Source: Raja brachyura
Taxonomy: Eukaryota
Direction of reading: 5' to 3'
Length of the DNA: 64,000 nucleotides
NCBI GenBank assembly: GCA_963514005.1
Contig: OY740802.1
Span: 44,516,001 to 44,580,000 of the forward strand
In this document: positions 37,343 through 51,900 of the stretch, one piece after another
How positions within the stretch are numbered: the stretch's first letter is position 1
Layout: each line of letters starts with the position of its first letter
Made by a program: the position numbers and the translations under genes
Notes under the pieces: model-generated
Told to the model about the DNA's origin: nothing
The model's input: only the letters and a program-made list of their open reading frames with translations
Databases searched by the model: none

Positions 37343-38934
37343 ATGTAGAGGCGCTTTCGGATTACATTATACTAATTAACTAAGCAGCAGATGGAAGTAA
37401 CGAGATTTGCTAATGCCCATACAAGCAAGCTTAGCAACATAATTTATATTTATAGAGGAAGGGGATACTGACAGTCCACGGATTAGACCGCGGCAATGTG
37501 CATAGTTACAATTGATGTGCCGAAAATCTGACGGTTTATATACCTAAAGGGCCCTTCTCCCATGTGGAGATTGGCTCCGCTGTCACTTTTATTCTGAATG
37601 GATACTGTCTAGATATATAACCCATTCTTCATATATTTTAAAATATTACACGTCAAATCTAGCATTCATATTCAGGAACCAAATGTCGACCAATTTGATG
37701 AATCCTGATAGAGACTCACGACATTCACATGACATCTGGAAGAAAATGACGCGTGGTTCTGTGAGGTATTGTCAGCTTTTTGCCAGTGACACAGGGCGAG
37801 TTATTTTCCAAGAGTCACGTGTTTATCCTCTGTTCAAAAACGGAACAAAGAGAAAGGTACTCGCAGCACAGAAAGTGAACATCGTACTCTGCATAAACCA
37901 CAATATAAAACAATCCCTCCACGGCCCTCCCCCCACCACCGCCATGTCTGCAGAGTTCGGAGTTTATTGATGGGTGGTATTCTTTAATAGCCCGATGAAG
38001 GTTGTTTGGAAGAAACATCTCCTGAACCTTTAGCAGTTACAATTTTAATGTTCCAGATGGCAGGTATAAAATGAGAATCTGGGTGGTGACGGTCTCTGAT
38101 GAGCATGGCTGTATTTTACTGACAGCTAACTGCGGTAGATCACATCGATGGTGGGAATGTCATTATCCGTGATGGATTAGGTAGTGTTCAACATTTTTTC
38201 ACACTTACTCGTTCACGTTTTCATACCCAGCAGCAATGAGACTTCGAACAGTAATGGAGTTCGATTGTAATGTTAATGCCTACTTCATTATCAATAATTT
38301 TTCAAATGTGCTCCACTAGATGCCGATTTACATTAAACCGCGACTTCGGGAAAAAAACGGTCGCTTTCGCACAATATTTTCCAGATTAGTTGTTCGTTCG
38401 TTTTGACATGTTCTGCGAGGTCCCGTTAAACAGCTCGCAGAACGCATATTACATAGGAATTAAAAGTCCATGACAGACTTATATGACTTTTTCTCTTGTT
38501 ATCAGTTAAGCAAATGTGTAATATTTAAGCTAATGTTTATATGGTGATCAATCTTTTTATCTTAGGAAGTTGTATGTAGTTCCTTGGGAAAATGCAGTGA
38601 GAGAAGGAAGCGAATTTACACCACTTAGTGGAAAGTAGCGAATTTTCCCTGAATCGTTGACAACTGCTCATATCAATGTCGATTCAAATTGATTTGTTCA
38701 ATGTCCCCTTTGACATTCAAGACTGAAGTCAGACCATAACTAAATATCTAGAATTGTACTCCGAGTGCTACTTTCACAATTGTCTTACAATGGATGGGCG
38801 TTTATCAGTGTTTAAGATTGTATTGGTTGGATACATTTTATGCGCTGTTGACGATTAACTATTGGTATAAATCAGAAGGGAATCCGTCCCGTCACGTTCA
38901 TTCGCTGCTTTGCGTCCATAATAACAACAGTACC

Positions 38935-40043
38935 ACGTGAAACATTGACGAGTGATTTGGTGCTACATCCTTCACCCACGTAGAAATCCCGGACTCCATT
39001 AAATTAATCAAACAACTAATTTCCATCCAGCACCCAAATTCACTTGGACCATCACCGATATCTCCCTACCGTTTCTGAATCTGACCGTCTCCATGACAGG
39101 AGATAGACTATCGACGGAAATCTACTGTAAACCTACTGACTCCCACATCTACCTTGACGATATTTCTTCCCACCCTGCCTCTTGCTAAGACTCTGTCTCC
39201 TACACCCAATCCAACCGTCTGTGCCGCATCTGACCCACTCTATTGCCTTCTCGATATCCTAGAGCTCCGCTATTGCTCCCCTTTCCAAGCCGCAACATGG
39301 ACAGTATCCACAGACCTTATCTTTCACCCCATCAGCCATCGCATAAAACACATAACCCTTCGACATATCGGCCACAATTACCGGGATCCTGTCACGAGCC
39401 ATATCTTCCCATCTTCAACCCAGCAGCTTTCCGCACAGACCGCTCCCTCCGCAACTCTCTCATTTACACTTCCTTCCGGATAATACCCCCTCCCCTCCCC
39501 CATCCTAGGTATTTTCCCCTGCAACCACGGTAGCCATAACACCTGTTCTTACACCGTCGAAGGATCTGGACAATCTTTTCAGGTAGAGGCAGAGATTCAC
39601 TTTCATTTCCACCACATTCATTTACTGTATCTGCTGTTCCAGGTGTTGGCTCCTATATATCGGCGATACCAAGCGCAGGCTCTTCGATCGTTTCGCTGAA
39701 AACCTTAGCTCAGTCTGCCTGGACGTGCCTGAATTCCCGGTTGCCAAATACTTTAATCCGCTTCCCATTCCAACACTGACCTTTGGCTCCATGGCCTCCT
39801 CCATTGTCAGAGCGTGGACAAACACAAATAAGAGGAACTGATCTCATAGTTCCTTTAGACGGCTTTCAACCCAGAGGAATGAACATTGATTTATCTAACT
39901 TCATGTAACTACTGCATTCTCTCCCTCCCCATCCCTATCTTACCTAGGTCGCAGTACATTCCAAGTTATCGTGTTCTGTCTCCTTGTCTATACCTCGTTC
40001 AAAACTAAGAAACAGCTAACAATGTCCTTTTTTCTTTATCATT
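38935..40043 (+). mobile_element. Penelope-like remnant (paralog of 6455-7610 and 29715-30845)
   Basis: Colinear nucleotide similarity. Confidence 0.82.
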
Positions 40044-40059
40044 AGAATAATATCATTAG

Positions 40060-41500
40060 AATAATATAATCTATGTAAAATTTTAAATTGAATTAGGTTA
40101 TGTCTTACATTAATTGAACATTTATTTACATATAATATTTTTTTCCCCATCTATCGTTAGGAATTTGTATCAATAACTCTTGTTCCCAGTTCCTTTTAAT
40201 TGTCTCTGTCGTTGGCGTTTCTATATTTAAAATTATATTATATAAGTAAGATATTAAATTGCTTGATTCTGCCTTTCTATTCATTCCTTCCTCCAATAAA
40301 TCTGGGGTTAGGGTTTAATATCCTTGTATATATTTCTTGAATTTGAAGATATTTGAAATATTGATTATTTTTCAAATTATATTTTAGTTGTAATTGTTGG
40401 AATGATAAAAGTTTTCCCATATCATACATATCTCCCATTGTTTTAATTCCTAATATTTCCCAATGGATAAACATTTTATCAATAATGGATGGTTTAAATG
40501 AGGGATTATTAGTTATTGTGGAAAGAAGCGATAATTTTCTTAATTTTAAAGATAATTTTATTTGATTCCAAATTCGTATTTATGTCATAATTTCGCTTTT
40601 GTTCCAGTTTTTTCTATATCCTGAAAAATAACCAAATTCCTCTATTAAATTTAGTATATTTGGTATGCTAATTTGTGAATTTGTAATATATAATAATATG
40701 TCGTCTGCATATAATGAAATTTTATTATTTGAGTGTTTGGTATTATATCCATGATTATTCGGATGACCTTATACTTTCTGCTGAAGGCTCTATCACTAGT
40801 GCAAATAGCAGAGGTGATTGTGCGCACCCCTGCCTATTGCCCTTTGCCAATTAGAATTTCGGGGATAATATATTATTAGTCAGTATTATCGCCGTTGGCT
40901 TATCATATAATAATTTTACCCATGAGATAAAGTTATCTCCCATGTTAAATTTTTGCAATACTTTGAATAAATATTGCCAATCTACTTGATCGAAAGCTTT
41001 TTCTGCATCCAATGAGATAATTGCTAGATCTTCTTCAGTATTATGTTAGTACATTATATTAGACAGCCGTCTCAAATTGTTAAATGAGTATCTCTTTGGT
41101 ATAAACCCAGTTTGATCCGGGTTTATTAGTTTGCTAATATATTTACTCAATCTTCTCGCCACTGTCTTTGCTAATATTTTTTGATCTGTATTTAGGAGTG
41201 CAATAGCTCTATATGAGCCTGGGTCTTCTAGATCTTTATCCTTTTTTAGTATAAGTGTAATAATTGACTCAGTTAGTGTTTCTGGTAATTTATTTTCTTT
41301 AAAAGCATATATATATATAATTTTTGCAAGCGTGGAGAAATTATCTCGTGGAATCTTTTATAGAATTCATTACTAATGCCGTCTGGTCCTGGCGTTTTGC
41401 CATTCTTCAACAAACTTATTGTTTCTTCTATTTCCTAAACTATAATCTGAGCTCATAATCCCGCTTCTTCCACCATATTCAATTTTGGAAGATTACAATC
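40060..41500 (-). mobile_element. L1-clade LINE ORF2 fragment, internally deleted, different subfamily
   Basis: [35 protein letters not shown] on the reverse strand. Confidence 0.85.
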
Positions 41501-42455
41501 AGCTAGTTTTATCAATTATTTTTTACTTGACTCTGGAATGTTAGAAGTTTGGAGATTCTTACATTTAAATGACAAATAATTTTCTTTTTTTGTTCATAGT
41601 TATTCTGGGATTGAATACTTTATAATAGATTCTCGGCTGGTTTCATCGGTCGTTGCATGTGAGTATGATGCAATTGCTATTTCTGATCACACACCGTTGA
41701 AACTGTCAATCAAACTACCTGATTCCAAGTTTAGTGCTAAACAATGGCGATTTAATGCTACTTTGCTTCAAGACTTAAACTTTATTAATTTTATTAAAGA
41801 TCAGCTTGCTTTTTACTTCTTGACAAACTCTACTAAAGAAATATCCAGTGGTGTTGCTGGGATGCTTTTAAGGCAAATATTCATGGACAAATTATTTCAT
41901 ATTCCACGGGATTAAAAAAACAAACTCAAAAAGAAATACGTACATTGGCTGACGCGATTAAATAAATTGATAAAGCATATTCAAAAGCTCCCAGTTTAGA
42001 GCTCTATAAGAATACAGTTGAACTTCAATTGAGATATGATTTGTTATTCGTAGCAGCGATTGAGAACCAGCTACTTAAAACCAAAAGTCAATTTTATATA
42101 CATGGCGAAAAATCTGTAAATTACTCGCTAATCAGTTGAAAGCGGTGTCGGCCACGCGTCAGATTACTAAACTGAGTAAACGGGATGGTACACTAACTGT
42201 ACACCATGACGAAATTAATAAATCCTTTCAGGAATTTAATACCTCCCTATACCAATCAGAATTTCCTACCGATTCCAATATAATGCATGAGTTTTTAAAG
42301 AAACTGAACTTACGAAATTTACCATATACTGAGTCTCTGTTGTTAGATGAACCCATTACGGAAGCAATCTTTTCAATGAATGTTGGTAAAGCTCCCGGTT
42401 AAGATGGGTTTACAGTAGAATGTATAAAGTATTTTTCAAATATACTGTCTCCCTG
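41501..42455 (+). mobile_element. L1-clade fragment, duplicate of 27423-28370
   Basis: KLSIKLPDSKFSAKQWRFNATLLQD in both copies. Confidence 0.88.
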
Positions 42456-43083
42456 TCGTCCCAATGGTCCTTAGATCGGAAGAATAGTTTTTCGTCTGTA
42501 CCTCGGAGGGCGCGACCACGTCCGACAGCAACAAATTAGATGGGAGTTTAGCAGAAGTGTGTGAACATGCATTTCTAACGCAGGCATCGTAAGGCACGGT
42601 AGGTAAATAAACGGACAGAGGATTAGAAACCCCGAAGCACACCGTCAGCAAGTATTTTGTCTTCCGCTATTATAAGCCATAAGGCGGCTAGTTGCGAATG
42701 GTTGTTGATATCACTTCTGCTGAAGGTCCCACTGTACAGAACCGAAGTACAAGGAAGTTATGCCCGAATTGTTAACACACTCGCAGGGGGATTTTCCCGT
42801 ATTGCGCCCTGATCCTCTCACGACATTACAAGGAGATGTGTCATACAATGGAAGGCGTAGAAGAGGCAAGCGGGGACTTTCTATGAGGCAGGGAAGTACA
42901 GAATGGAACAGTGGAGAGACATGAGGCTTCAATGGAGCAGACTAGATCGACGCGGTACTGAACTGAGGTATTTTACCGAAATGCGAAATCCTGAGATAAA
43001 AACAGAAATGCATGATTAGATTTTATTCCGCAAATGCCCCGGGACCTGCTGACGATCTCCAGAATGATCTGACTTTAAATTCA

Positions 43084-45080
43084 GGGTTACACAAAAAGCT
43101 GGAGAAACTCAGCGGGTGCAGCAGCATCTAAGGAGCGAAGGAGATAGGCGACGTTTCGGGTCGAGACCCTTCTTCAGACTGGTCAGGGATCAGGGAAACG
43201 AGAGATATAAACAGTGATGTGGAGAGAAAAGGAACAATGAGTGAAAGATATGCAAAAAAGTATTGGTGATAAAGGAAGCAGGCCATTGTAAGCTGTTTGT
43301 GGTGTGAAAATGAGAAGCTAGTGCGACTGGGGGGGGGGGGGGGGGAGATGGAGAATGAATGTCAGGGCCCGAGGGCTGAGGGAGAGGTGGGGGGGAGGCA
43401 GACTGGGTTAACAGAATTGAGAAAATTCAATGTTTAAGCCCAGAGGATGCAGACTCCCCAAGCGGAATATGAGGTGCTGTTCCTCCAACTTGCGGTGTTG
43501 ATCACTCTGGCCGTGGAGGAGGCCCAGGACCGAGAGGTCGGATATGGAGTGGGAGGGGGAGTTGAAGTGCTGAGCCACCGGGAGGTCGGGTTGGTTATTG
43601 CGGACCGAGCGGAGGTGTTCGGCGAAATGATCGCCCAGCCTCCGCTTCGTCTCACCGATGTAGATCAGCTGGCATCTGGAACAACGGATGCGGTAGATGA
43701 GGTTGGAGGAGTGCAGGTGAACCTCTGTCGGACTTGGAATGACTGCTTGGGTCCCTGAAAGGAGTGGATGGGGGAGGGGAAGGGACAAGTGTAGCATCTC
43801 TTGCGGTTGCAAGGGAAAGTGCCCGGGAAAGGAGTGGAGCGGGAGGGAAGGGAAGAATTGACGAGGGAATTGCGGAGGGAGCGGTCTTTGCGGAAGGCAG
43901 ACAGGGGGGGAGATGGGAAGATGTGGCGAGTGGAGGGGTCACGTTGGAGGTGACGAAACTGGCGGAGGACTATCTGTTGTATGCGCTGGCTGGTGGGGTG
44001 AAAGGTGAGGACCAGGGGGACTCGGCCCTTGTTGTGAGTGGGGGAATGGGGAGAGAGGGCAGTGTTGCGGGGTATGGAGGAGACCCTGGTGCGAGCCTCA
44101 TCTATAGTGGGGGAGGGGAAACCCCGTTCTCTGAAGAACGAGGACATTTGCGATGACCTGGTGTGGAACACGTCATCCTGGGAGCAGATGCGGCGTAGAC
44201 GGAGGAATTGGGAATAGGGGATGGAGTCCTTACAGGAAGCAGGGTGGGAGGAACAGTAGTCCAGGTAGCTGTGGGAGTCAGTTGGTTTGTAGTGGATGTC
44301 AGTCAGGAGTGTATCACCTGCAATAGAGATGGTGAGGTCAAGGAATGGTAGGGCAATGTCGGAAATGGTCCAAGTATATTTGAATGCCGGATGGAAGTTG
44401 GTTGTGAAATGGATGAAGTCAGTCAGTTCTGCGTGGGTGCAGGAGGTGACACCAAAGCAGTCGTCAATGTAACGGAGGTAAAGGTCGGGGGTGGGGCCCT
44501 GGTACGCCGAGAACAAAGATTGTTCGACGTGCCCGACAAAGAGGCAGGCGTAGCTAGGGCCCATGCGTGTGCCCATAGCTACGCCTTGTGTTTGGAGGAA
44601 ATGGGAGGAGTCAAAAGAGAAGTTGTTGAGGGTAAGGACCAACTCCGCTAGGCGGGGGAGGGTGTCAGTGGATGGGTATGGGTTGCTCCTCTGGTCGAGG
44701 AAGTACCGGAGGGCTTTGAGACCATCCTGGTGGGGGATGCAGGTGTATAGTGACTGGACGTCAATGGTGAAGATGAGAGGATGGGGGCCCGGACAACGGA
44801 ATGTACGGAGCCGACGGACAGTGTCTGAGGTGTCTTGAACATCGGTGGGGAGGGATTTAACAAAGGGGGATAGGATGGAGTCAAGGTATGTGGAAATGTG
44901 TTCGGTGGGGCACGAACAGGCAGAGACAATGGGTCTGCCGGGGCAGTCGCGTTTGTGGATTTTGGGGAGAAGGTAAAATCAGGCTGTGCGGGGCTGGGAA
45001 ACGATGAGGTTGGAGGCTCGGGGGGGGGTAGGGAGCCGGAGTTGATTGTGTTTGGAGGAAATGGGAGGAGTCAAAAGAGA
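43084..45080 (-). mobile_element. Young 5'-truncated Penelope-like element (RT plus GIY-YIG, pLTR)
   Basis: 325-aa frame with QGVAMGT, YLRYIDD, HYKPTDSH; YIGETKRRL after a frameshift; flanking duplication gactttaaattca (43071-43083, 45079-45091). Confidence 0.95.
43148..43180 (-). ncRNA. Minimal type I hammerhead ribozyme motif in Penelope pLTR
   Basis: CTGAAGA-stem II-GAAACGTC on the reverse strand. Confidence 0.55.
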
Positions 45081-45677
45081 CTTTAAATTCATTTTCCTCC
45101 ATCCGTCCTTCTTCCTTTCGCAGGTTCTGCTTGACTACCTGGGTGCACGTGCTGGATTAGGACCACATTCAAAACAAGCGTCGCATCTGTTGCACAGGTT
45201 ACAAACTTAAAAAGGTTAAAACGAATATGATTCGCACAAGGAGCATTAACTGAACCAAAAATACGTAAAACAATACATCTTGCAAATCGCTGAGATACAA
45301 TGGACTACTGGTGCTCGAATATTGATGCAAAATTAAACCGCTGTAGGGACTCCATTAAGACAAATCGTGGCTCGGCCCTGGCCGACTGCATGACGTATTT
45401 TCTTTCCGAAATAGCCAGCAACCGGTCAGTGGAGACGAGTACGCGCGAGTTGACAGATTATAAATGTTAACATAATTAAACGACTGTTAAGCCAATAGGA
45501 TAATGACAGGATAATTAATTGTAGATGCCAGCGTTTGCTTTAATGCATTCATAACCATTAAATACAAGTTCTCATTCAGACTTCCTAAAACACGATTCAT
45601 TTTTCTCGCAATCAGGTGAGTTGCATTGTGCTGACAATCCAGTGCTTGTTATGACCCATCGCCCCCGCAAGCCTGGA

Positions 45678-45770
45678 GTATGAAGAAGGGTCTCAACCCG
45701 AAAAGTCACCCATTTACTCTCTCCTCAAATGCTGCCTGTCTCGCTGAGTTATTCCAGCATTTTTTGTCTC
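45678..45770 (+). repeat. Degenerate Penelope pLTR-derived repeat
   Basis: atgaagaagggtctcaacccgaaaagtcacc...gctgagttattccagca. Confidence 0.65.
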
Positions 45771-46127
45771 CGACAAAAGCACAAATGGGCGCTCTGCTTT
45801 AACCTACAAAATGCACTGCCGTCACTCGAAGATGCCGACAGGAACGTACGTCAAAATGGCCCACCGGCGTCCAGCCGATCATGGCCGACGGGTTACGGCA
45901 CAATTTCTCTCGTCTGGCGGGCTGTCGCTGTATCTAAGAGAGCACGTTGTAAAATAGTGTCCTGAATAATGGTCAGTGTAAACAGATTCACCAACTGCGT
46001 GCACACTTACGTTAGAATAAATTACATGAACATATTCACGACAAGAAGAGATCTATCCGGCAACGATAAACAGTTCTGCTGGACCAACGGCAAAATCAGA
46101 TCTTCACCTATGTGGTAGACCAAAAAT

Positions 46128-46483
46128 TGCAGGGATGGAGGGACTGTCACATGCTGTGAGAATGGAGCAGCTGGGATTGTACACTCTGGAGTTTAGAAGG
46201 ATGAGAGGGCATCTCATTGCAACATATAACATTGTTAAAGGCTTGGAAACACTGGAGGTAGGAAACATGTTCCCGATGTATGGGGGGGGGGGGGGGGGGG
46301 GGGAGGGGGGGTGGTCCAGAACCAGGAGCCACAGTTTATGAATTATAAGTAAGCCATTTAGAACGGAGACGAGGAAACACTTTTTCTCACAGAGAGTTGT
46401 GAGTCTGTGGAATTCTCTGCCTCAGAGGGTGATGGAGGCAGGTTCTCTGGATGCTTTCAAGAGAAAGATAGATAGGGCTCTGA
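46128..46483 (+). mobile_element. CR1-type LINE 3' fragment
   Basis: LGLYTLEFRRMRGHLIATYNIVKG. Confidence 0.82.
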
Positions 46484-46769
46484 AGAACGTAGTTTCACCA
46501 TATTCGCACTCATTTCAGACACCCAGTTTCACAATGCAAAAATGAAACTTTTCAAATATTATGCAGGGCAGATTGAGGGGTAGAGTTAACATTCAAATCA
46601 ATGCCCATATTTCCCGTTCCTATTTCCAGCTCTTCCTGCCAAATTATTTAAGAACTCCCAAAGCCTCCACAGACCGTGGCCAATACGTGACGATTGAGAT
46701 TCATTATATGATTCGCAGCCTTTGACAGCAACACCAATAGTCCAAACAGAGCAAAGAGCAAACATATTC

Positions 46770-47680
46770 AGTCATAGAGTCATGGAGTCACAAACGACGG
46801 GATCCGGCGTTTCAGCACAACTTGTCTATGCAGCCACATCTAAACTAGCCCCATTTGCCTAGATTTAGGCCATAATATCTATTTTTGTCCTATCAGTATA
46901 GCTGGTCAAATGTATTTTAAATATTTATATTCTACTAGCATCAACTACTTAATCTGGCAGCCCATTCAATATAACGTGAAACGGTTGCCCTCGGGTTCCT
47001 ATTGGATATTTTCCGTCGCATCGGAAACCCATGCTACCTCGTTCTTAATACGCACGGCTGGAAAAAAAAATACCTGGTCCACTCACCACTATCCCCCTCA
47101 TGATTGTTAACGCACCTCAGTAACATCTCCAATCTTACGCGCCAGGTAATAGTGCTCTTGTCTGCCCAACATCTCCATTTATGCCATGTCCTCAAATTCT
47201 GGAAACATCCTTGCAAATCGTTTTCTGAACTCTTCCCAGAGTAATAGCATCTGCAAGAGCACCATAACGTATCATAATCGATTACCTTAACGATAAATGT
47301 CAAAGTACTCCTCGCCCTATCTAACTTCCGCGCCACTCTCACGAAACGGCGTACTTGCAGCCCCGGATTCTTCTCCAGTCCTCGATTCACCTACTCTGGG
47401 CAAGAAACTGTGCACCTCCCTGATCGATTCTTCTTACGATTTTATTTATCACCCTAAGATTATCCCTCATCCTCCGGCGCTCCAAGGAATAGAGTCCCAA
47501 CCAAATCAACCTCTCCCTATATTTCAGACCCTGTAGTCCTTGGACCATCCTCGTAAATCTTCTGTGCCATTTCCAGCTTAGACATCTGTAATATGGTATC
47601 CAGAACTGCACACAATACTCGAAATGCGGCCTCACCGACAGTTTTTATTCAACTGCAACATGACCTCCCAATTTACATAC
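46770..47680 (-). mobile_element. Old CR1-type LINE fragments (at least two)
   Basis: RPHFEYCVQFW...LGLYSLERRRMR at 47387-47635; degraded 3' portion to the left. Confidence 0.7.
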
Positions 47681-47896
47681 ACAGAGCGCAGTAATAAACT
47701 GCAGAGACGCGCAGGTGCAGCGCCGAGATGGTCAAGCTGCTGAATTTAGTCACGGCGGACCTCGGATGAGAAGCGTATTCCCGCTGCTGTTGGTGATGCT
47801 ACCGGACCGCAAACAATCGACCACTTTTCCCAGCCGTTACCGGTACGGGAATAAATAGCATATACTCGCTATCGTATTATAGTTTAAAGTCATGAG

Positions 47897-48256
47897 GTCT
47901 CCTCCAGCCTTTACTCCAGAGGACAGGGATTGAGTGAGAGAATCTCCCTGACTCCAATCTGAAAGTAAGCATGATTAGATTGATTATATGTGGGGAGTAT
48001 TACTGACCGTTATTTCTGAAGCAGTCTATTTAATTTAAATGGATTAGGTGGATTAGATAAAGAAAACCACACGCGTTTGACTTCAACTTTACTTCACAGA
48101 TTGAGGAAGGAGAGGGGAGCTAAATAGGCTGCTTCAGAAATACCTGTCAGCAATACTCCCCACATCTAATTCATCTAATCATGCTTTCTTTCAGATTGGA
48201 GTCAGGGAGATTATCTCACTCAACCGCTGTCCTCTGGAGTAAAGGCTGAAGGAGAC
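47897..48256. mobile_element. MITE-like palindrome, ~135-bp imperfect inverted arms and ~90-bp spacer
   Basis: 47897-48032 is the near reverse complement of 48121-48256. Confidence 0.85.
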
Positions 48257-48924
48257 TTACTATTAACAACCCAGATACCGAGGAGCCCCATTATGCTTCT
48301 CTATCCGTAAATTATGAGTTAGGGATTTGAAGCAACTTCGTCCGATGCCCTCCGACAAAATCCACTGCCACCTTTCATTATGCTCTCCCGTTGCCCACTT
48401 GAAACCCCATTGATGCAGGGTGAGGGTCGGCTATGTAAGACGGAGAGCCATGGTCGGATAGCCACTCAACCAATGGAAAGAAAACCCCGTCGAGACACAG
48501 AGAACTGCAGATGCAATAATCCTGAACAAATGAAAAACAATGAGCTAGAGTATCTTCAGCAGGTGTAGCGACAACACTGAAGGACGTGGGCTGGCGAGAT
48601 GTGGAGCTGGTACAGGGCTGCATTCAATGCGGTTAGATGTTCCGCGCTCCCGGCACATAGGAGCGCATGAATCACCTGCCTGATTACTGAATCCGAGGGA
48701 AAACTAGCATTGAGGAAATGAACAGGAAAATGCGATAATATGCTACCCGCAACAGAATTCGGAACTGCGTTATAGAAAGACAGGAATAACTTATTGTTAT
48801 CAATCTCATTGAAAACATATGTATTTACGTAAATACATGGAGTGAACTAAAGCGCTTAACAACTTCCCCATAAAGACCTCACACTTCAACATCCTATCTC
48901 GTGGACAAAGTTTGTTTTAATATA

Positions 48925-51900
48925 TATATTTTTTATTAGAGTAGGTAAGCAGTACATTAGCAAACACATATTATGATATTAATATTTCGTGTGCAACAAT
49001 CATACATTAATAATATTATCAAATGAATCATTTTGTCTCCAATACATTTTTTTTAAAGAGAGAGAAACGGAGAGAAAAACAAAATATAAGTCAAAAAGAA
49101 ATCATAAAGAATGGAATAATTTACCATTAATACGTCATTGGAGATAAGATCAAGGAATATAGAATATAACTTTTCATCTAATCCTGAGTCCAAGTTTCAG
49201 TTAGGGTTCCCTGCTGAACCGATCTACCCTTTTAAGTAATCAATGAAAGAAGACCATATTCTAACGAAGACTTCTTGTTTGTCCATTAGGGCAAATCTGA
49301 CTCTTTCCAAGTGTAGGGTCTCCGACATTTCCGTAATCCACATTTTAATTGTGGGGGATATAGGGCCTTTCCAAAATTTTAATATTAATTTCTTCCCAAT
49401 TATTATACTGTAATCTAGGAAATTTATTTGACTTGTTGTAAGTATTAGACTTTGTTCTGATATTGCAAGTATCATTAATTTTGAGTCGGGATCCAACTTA
49501 ATATTAATAACTTCAGAAGTTATTCTAAAAATCTCAGTCCAGAAATTCTTAATTTTTATACAATTTGCAAAAGTATGTGTTAAATAAGCCTCTGGATGCT
49601 GACATTTATCACAGATAGAGGAGATCTGTGGGTAGATTCTATACAATTTAACTTTTGAGTAATGTAATCTATGTAATACTTTAAATTGTATTAAAGCATG
49701 TCTGGCATTTAACGAGCATTGGTGTATATATTGTAAACCTTTGTCCCATATATCTTTCGTTATGGGTTGGTTTATTTCATTTTCCCATGTATGTCTATCT
49801 GATTCCGTCGATGGTATCTCGCTATCTAGAAGGGTATTATAAATATAAGTTGTTAGTTTTTCTGTATTAGGATGCTTATTCAAACATTCATCAAGGATTT
49901 CTGGTTCCTTATCCCTATAATCGTGTGTATTTGATTTAACATAATCTCTGAGTTGTAGATATCGGAAAAAAATATTTGAATGTAATCCGTAAATCTGTTG
50001 TAATTCCTGAAATAAAAGAAAAGTGCCTTTCTTATAAAGGTGTTCCATCTTTTTGATTCCACGGTTTTTCCATTGTGTAAAACCTTTATCCAGCATGGAA
50101 GGTTTAAATAATGGGTTGTTTACAATAGGGAGACAGAGTGGTATATTATCAAATTTTAAGGCCCTTTTTAGTTGTTTCCAGATTCGTGTACCACTATATA
50201 TCATAGGGTTTTCCCTATAGGTTTTTTTTGTGCAATTTTGTCGGTGCAAATATAATCGAACCGATTTCAAAAGCTATTAGATTAGATATAAGATTACCTT
50301 TATTGTCATTCAGACCTTTCGGTCTGAACGAAATTTCGTGCCTGCAGTCATACATATATTGAAAGTAACAAAAATACACAATAAACACAAATTTAACATC
50401 CACCACAGTGAGTTCACCAACACATCCTCACTGTGGTGGAAGGCAACAGTCTTAGAGTCTCTGTCTCCTTCCCTCCTTGTTCTCCGTCTGTGCTGAGGAG
50501 ATCCAGGCCTCCGACGTTGCCGTCCACCAGGCCCGCGGCCGAGCCTCCGAAGCCGGGCTGTCGCACAGGGCCCGCCGCTGGAACGTCGCTGGAGCACTGC
50601 AGCCAGGTCACCGCTGGAGCACCGCAGCCAGGTCACCACTGGAGCACCGCATCCCCGAAAGCCAGGTCGCCGCTGGAGCACCGCTGCCCCAAAGGCCAGG
50701 TCGCCGCTGGAGCACCGCTGCCCCGAAAGCCAGGCCGCCGCTTCAGCACCGCAGCCTCGAAAGCCAGGCCGCCGCTGGAGCACCGCTGCCCCGAAAGCCA
50801 GGCCGCCGCTGGAGCACCGCTGCCCCGAAAGCCAGGCCGCCACTGGAGCACCGCAGCCCCGAAAGCCAGGCCGCCACTGGAGCACCGCAGCCAGGTCACC
50901 GCTGGAGCACCGCAGCCCCGAAAGGCAGGTCTCCGCTGAAGCTCCGAAGCCGTGCCGCCGCTGCTGAAATCTGGAAGGCCGCCAGCGCCATTCGGGCCTC
51001 AGCACAGACGGAGACTGTAATGGGGGACACGACAAGAAAAGTCGCATCCCCCGAAGGGAGAGACTAAAACCCTGTTTCTCACTCCCTCAACACACATACA
51101 CAGCCTAATAAACCAAAATAATCCCTAAAACAGACACAAAAAGACAAAAATAAAAAACAGACGGACTGCAGGTGAGCCGCAGCTGCCAGGCAGCGCGGCG
51201 TCCTCCTTTTCCATCCTTAACCAGTCTGGTTGTTGATCCATTTCTTCCAAAAATTCATGTTTTTAATATGGACTGCCCAAAAATAAAACAGAAAATTTGG
51301 TAGAGCTAAACCTCCATTAATCTTTGCTTTACATAAATGTTTTTTTATTTATTCTATGATTCTTGTAATCCCAGATGAAACTTGTAACAGTAGAGTCTAC
51401 TTTTTTTAAAAAGGATTTTGGAATATATATCGGGATTGACTGATTGCGGCAGAAAGATCATTTTTATAGCATTAATTCTACCGAACATTGCTATAGGAAG
51501 TGTTTTCCAGTATTGAATATTCTTATTTATTTTATTCAGTAAAGGTGAGACATTTGATTTAAATAAAGAAGTATACGCCTTAATTACATAAATACCTAGA
51601 TATTTAAATTTTTCCGCAACTTCTTTTAAAAGGTGATTGTTGTAGTATATGTAAATTGAGTTCCGTTATTGGCATGATTAAGCTTTTATTCCAATTAATT
51701 CTATATCCTGAGAACTGACCGAATTGAGTTATTAGATTTAATAAATTTGGAACACTAATTTCTGGCTTTGTAATATATATTAATACATCATCTGCATATA
51801 GAGAAATTTTATTCATTGTATCTTTAGTATTATACCCATGTATTTCTGGATTAGATCTGACATTTTCTGCGCGTGGTTCAATTGCTAAAGCGACTAATAA

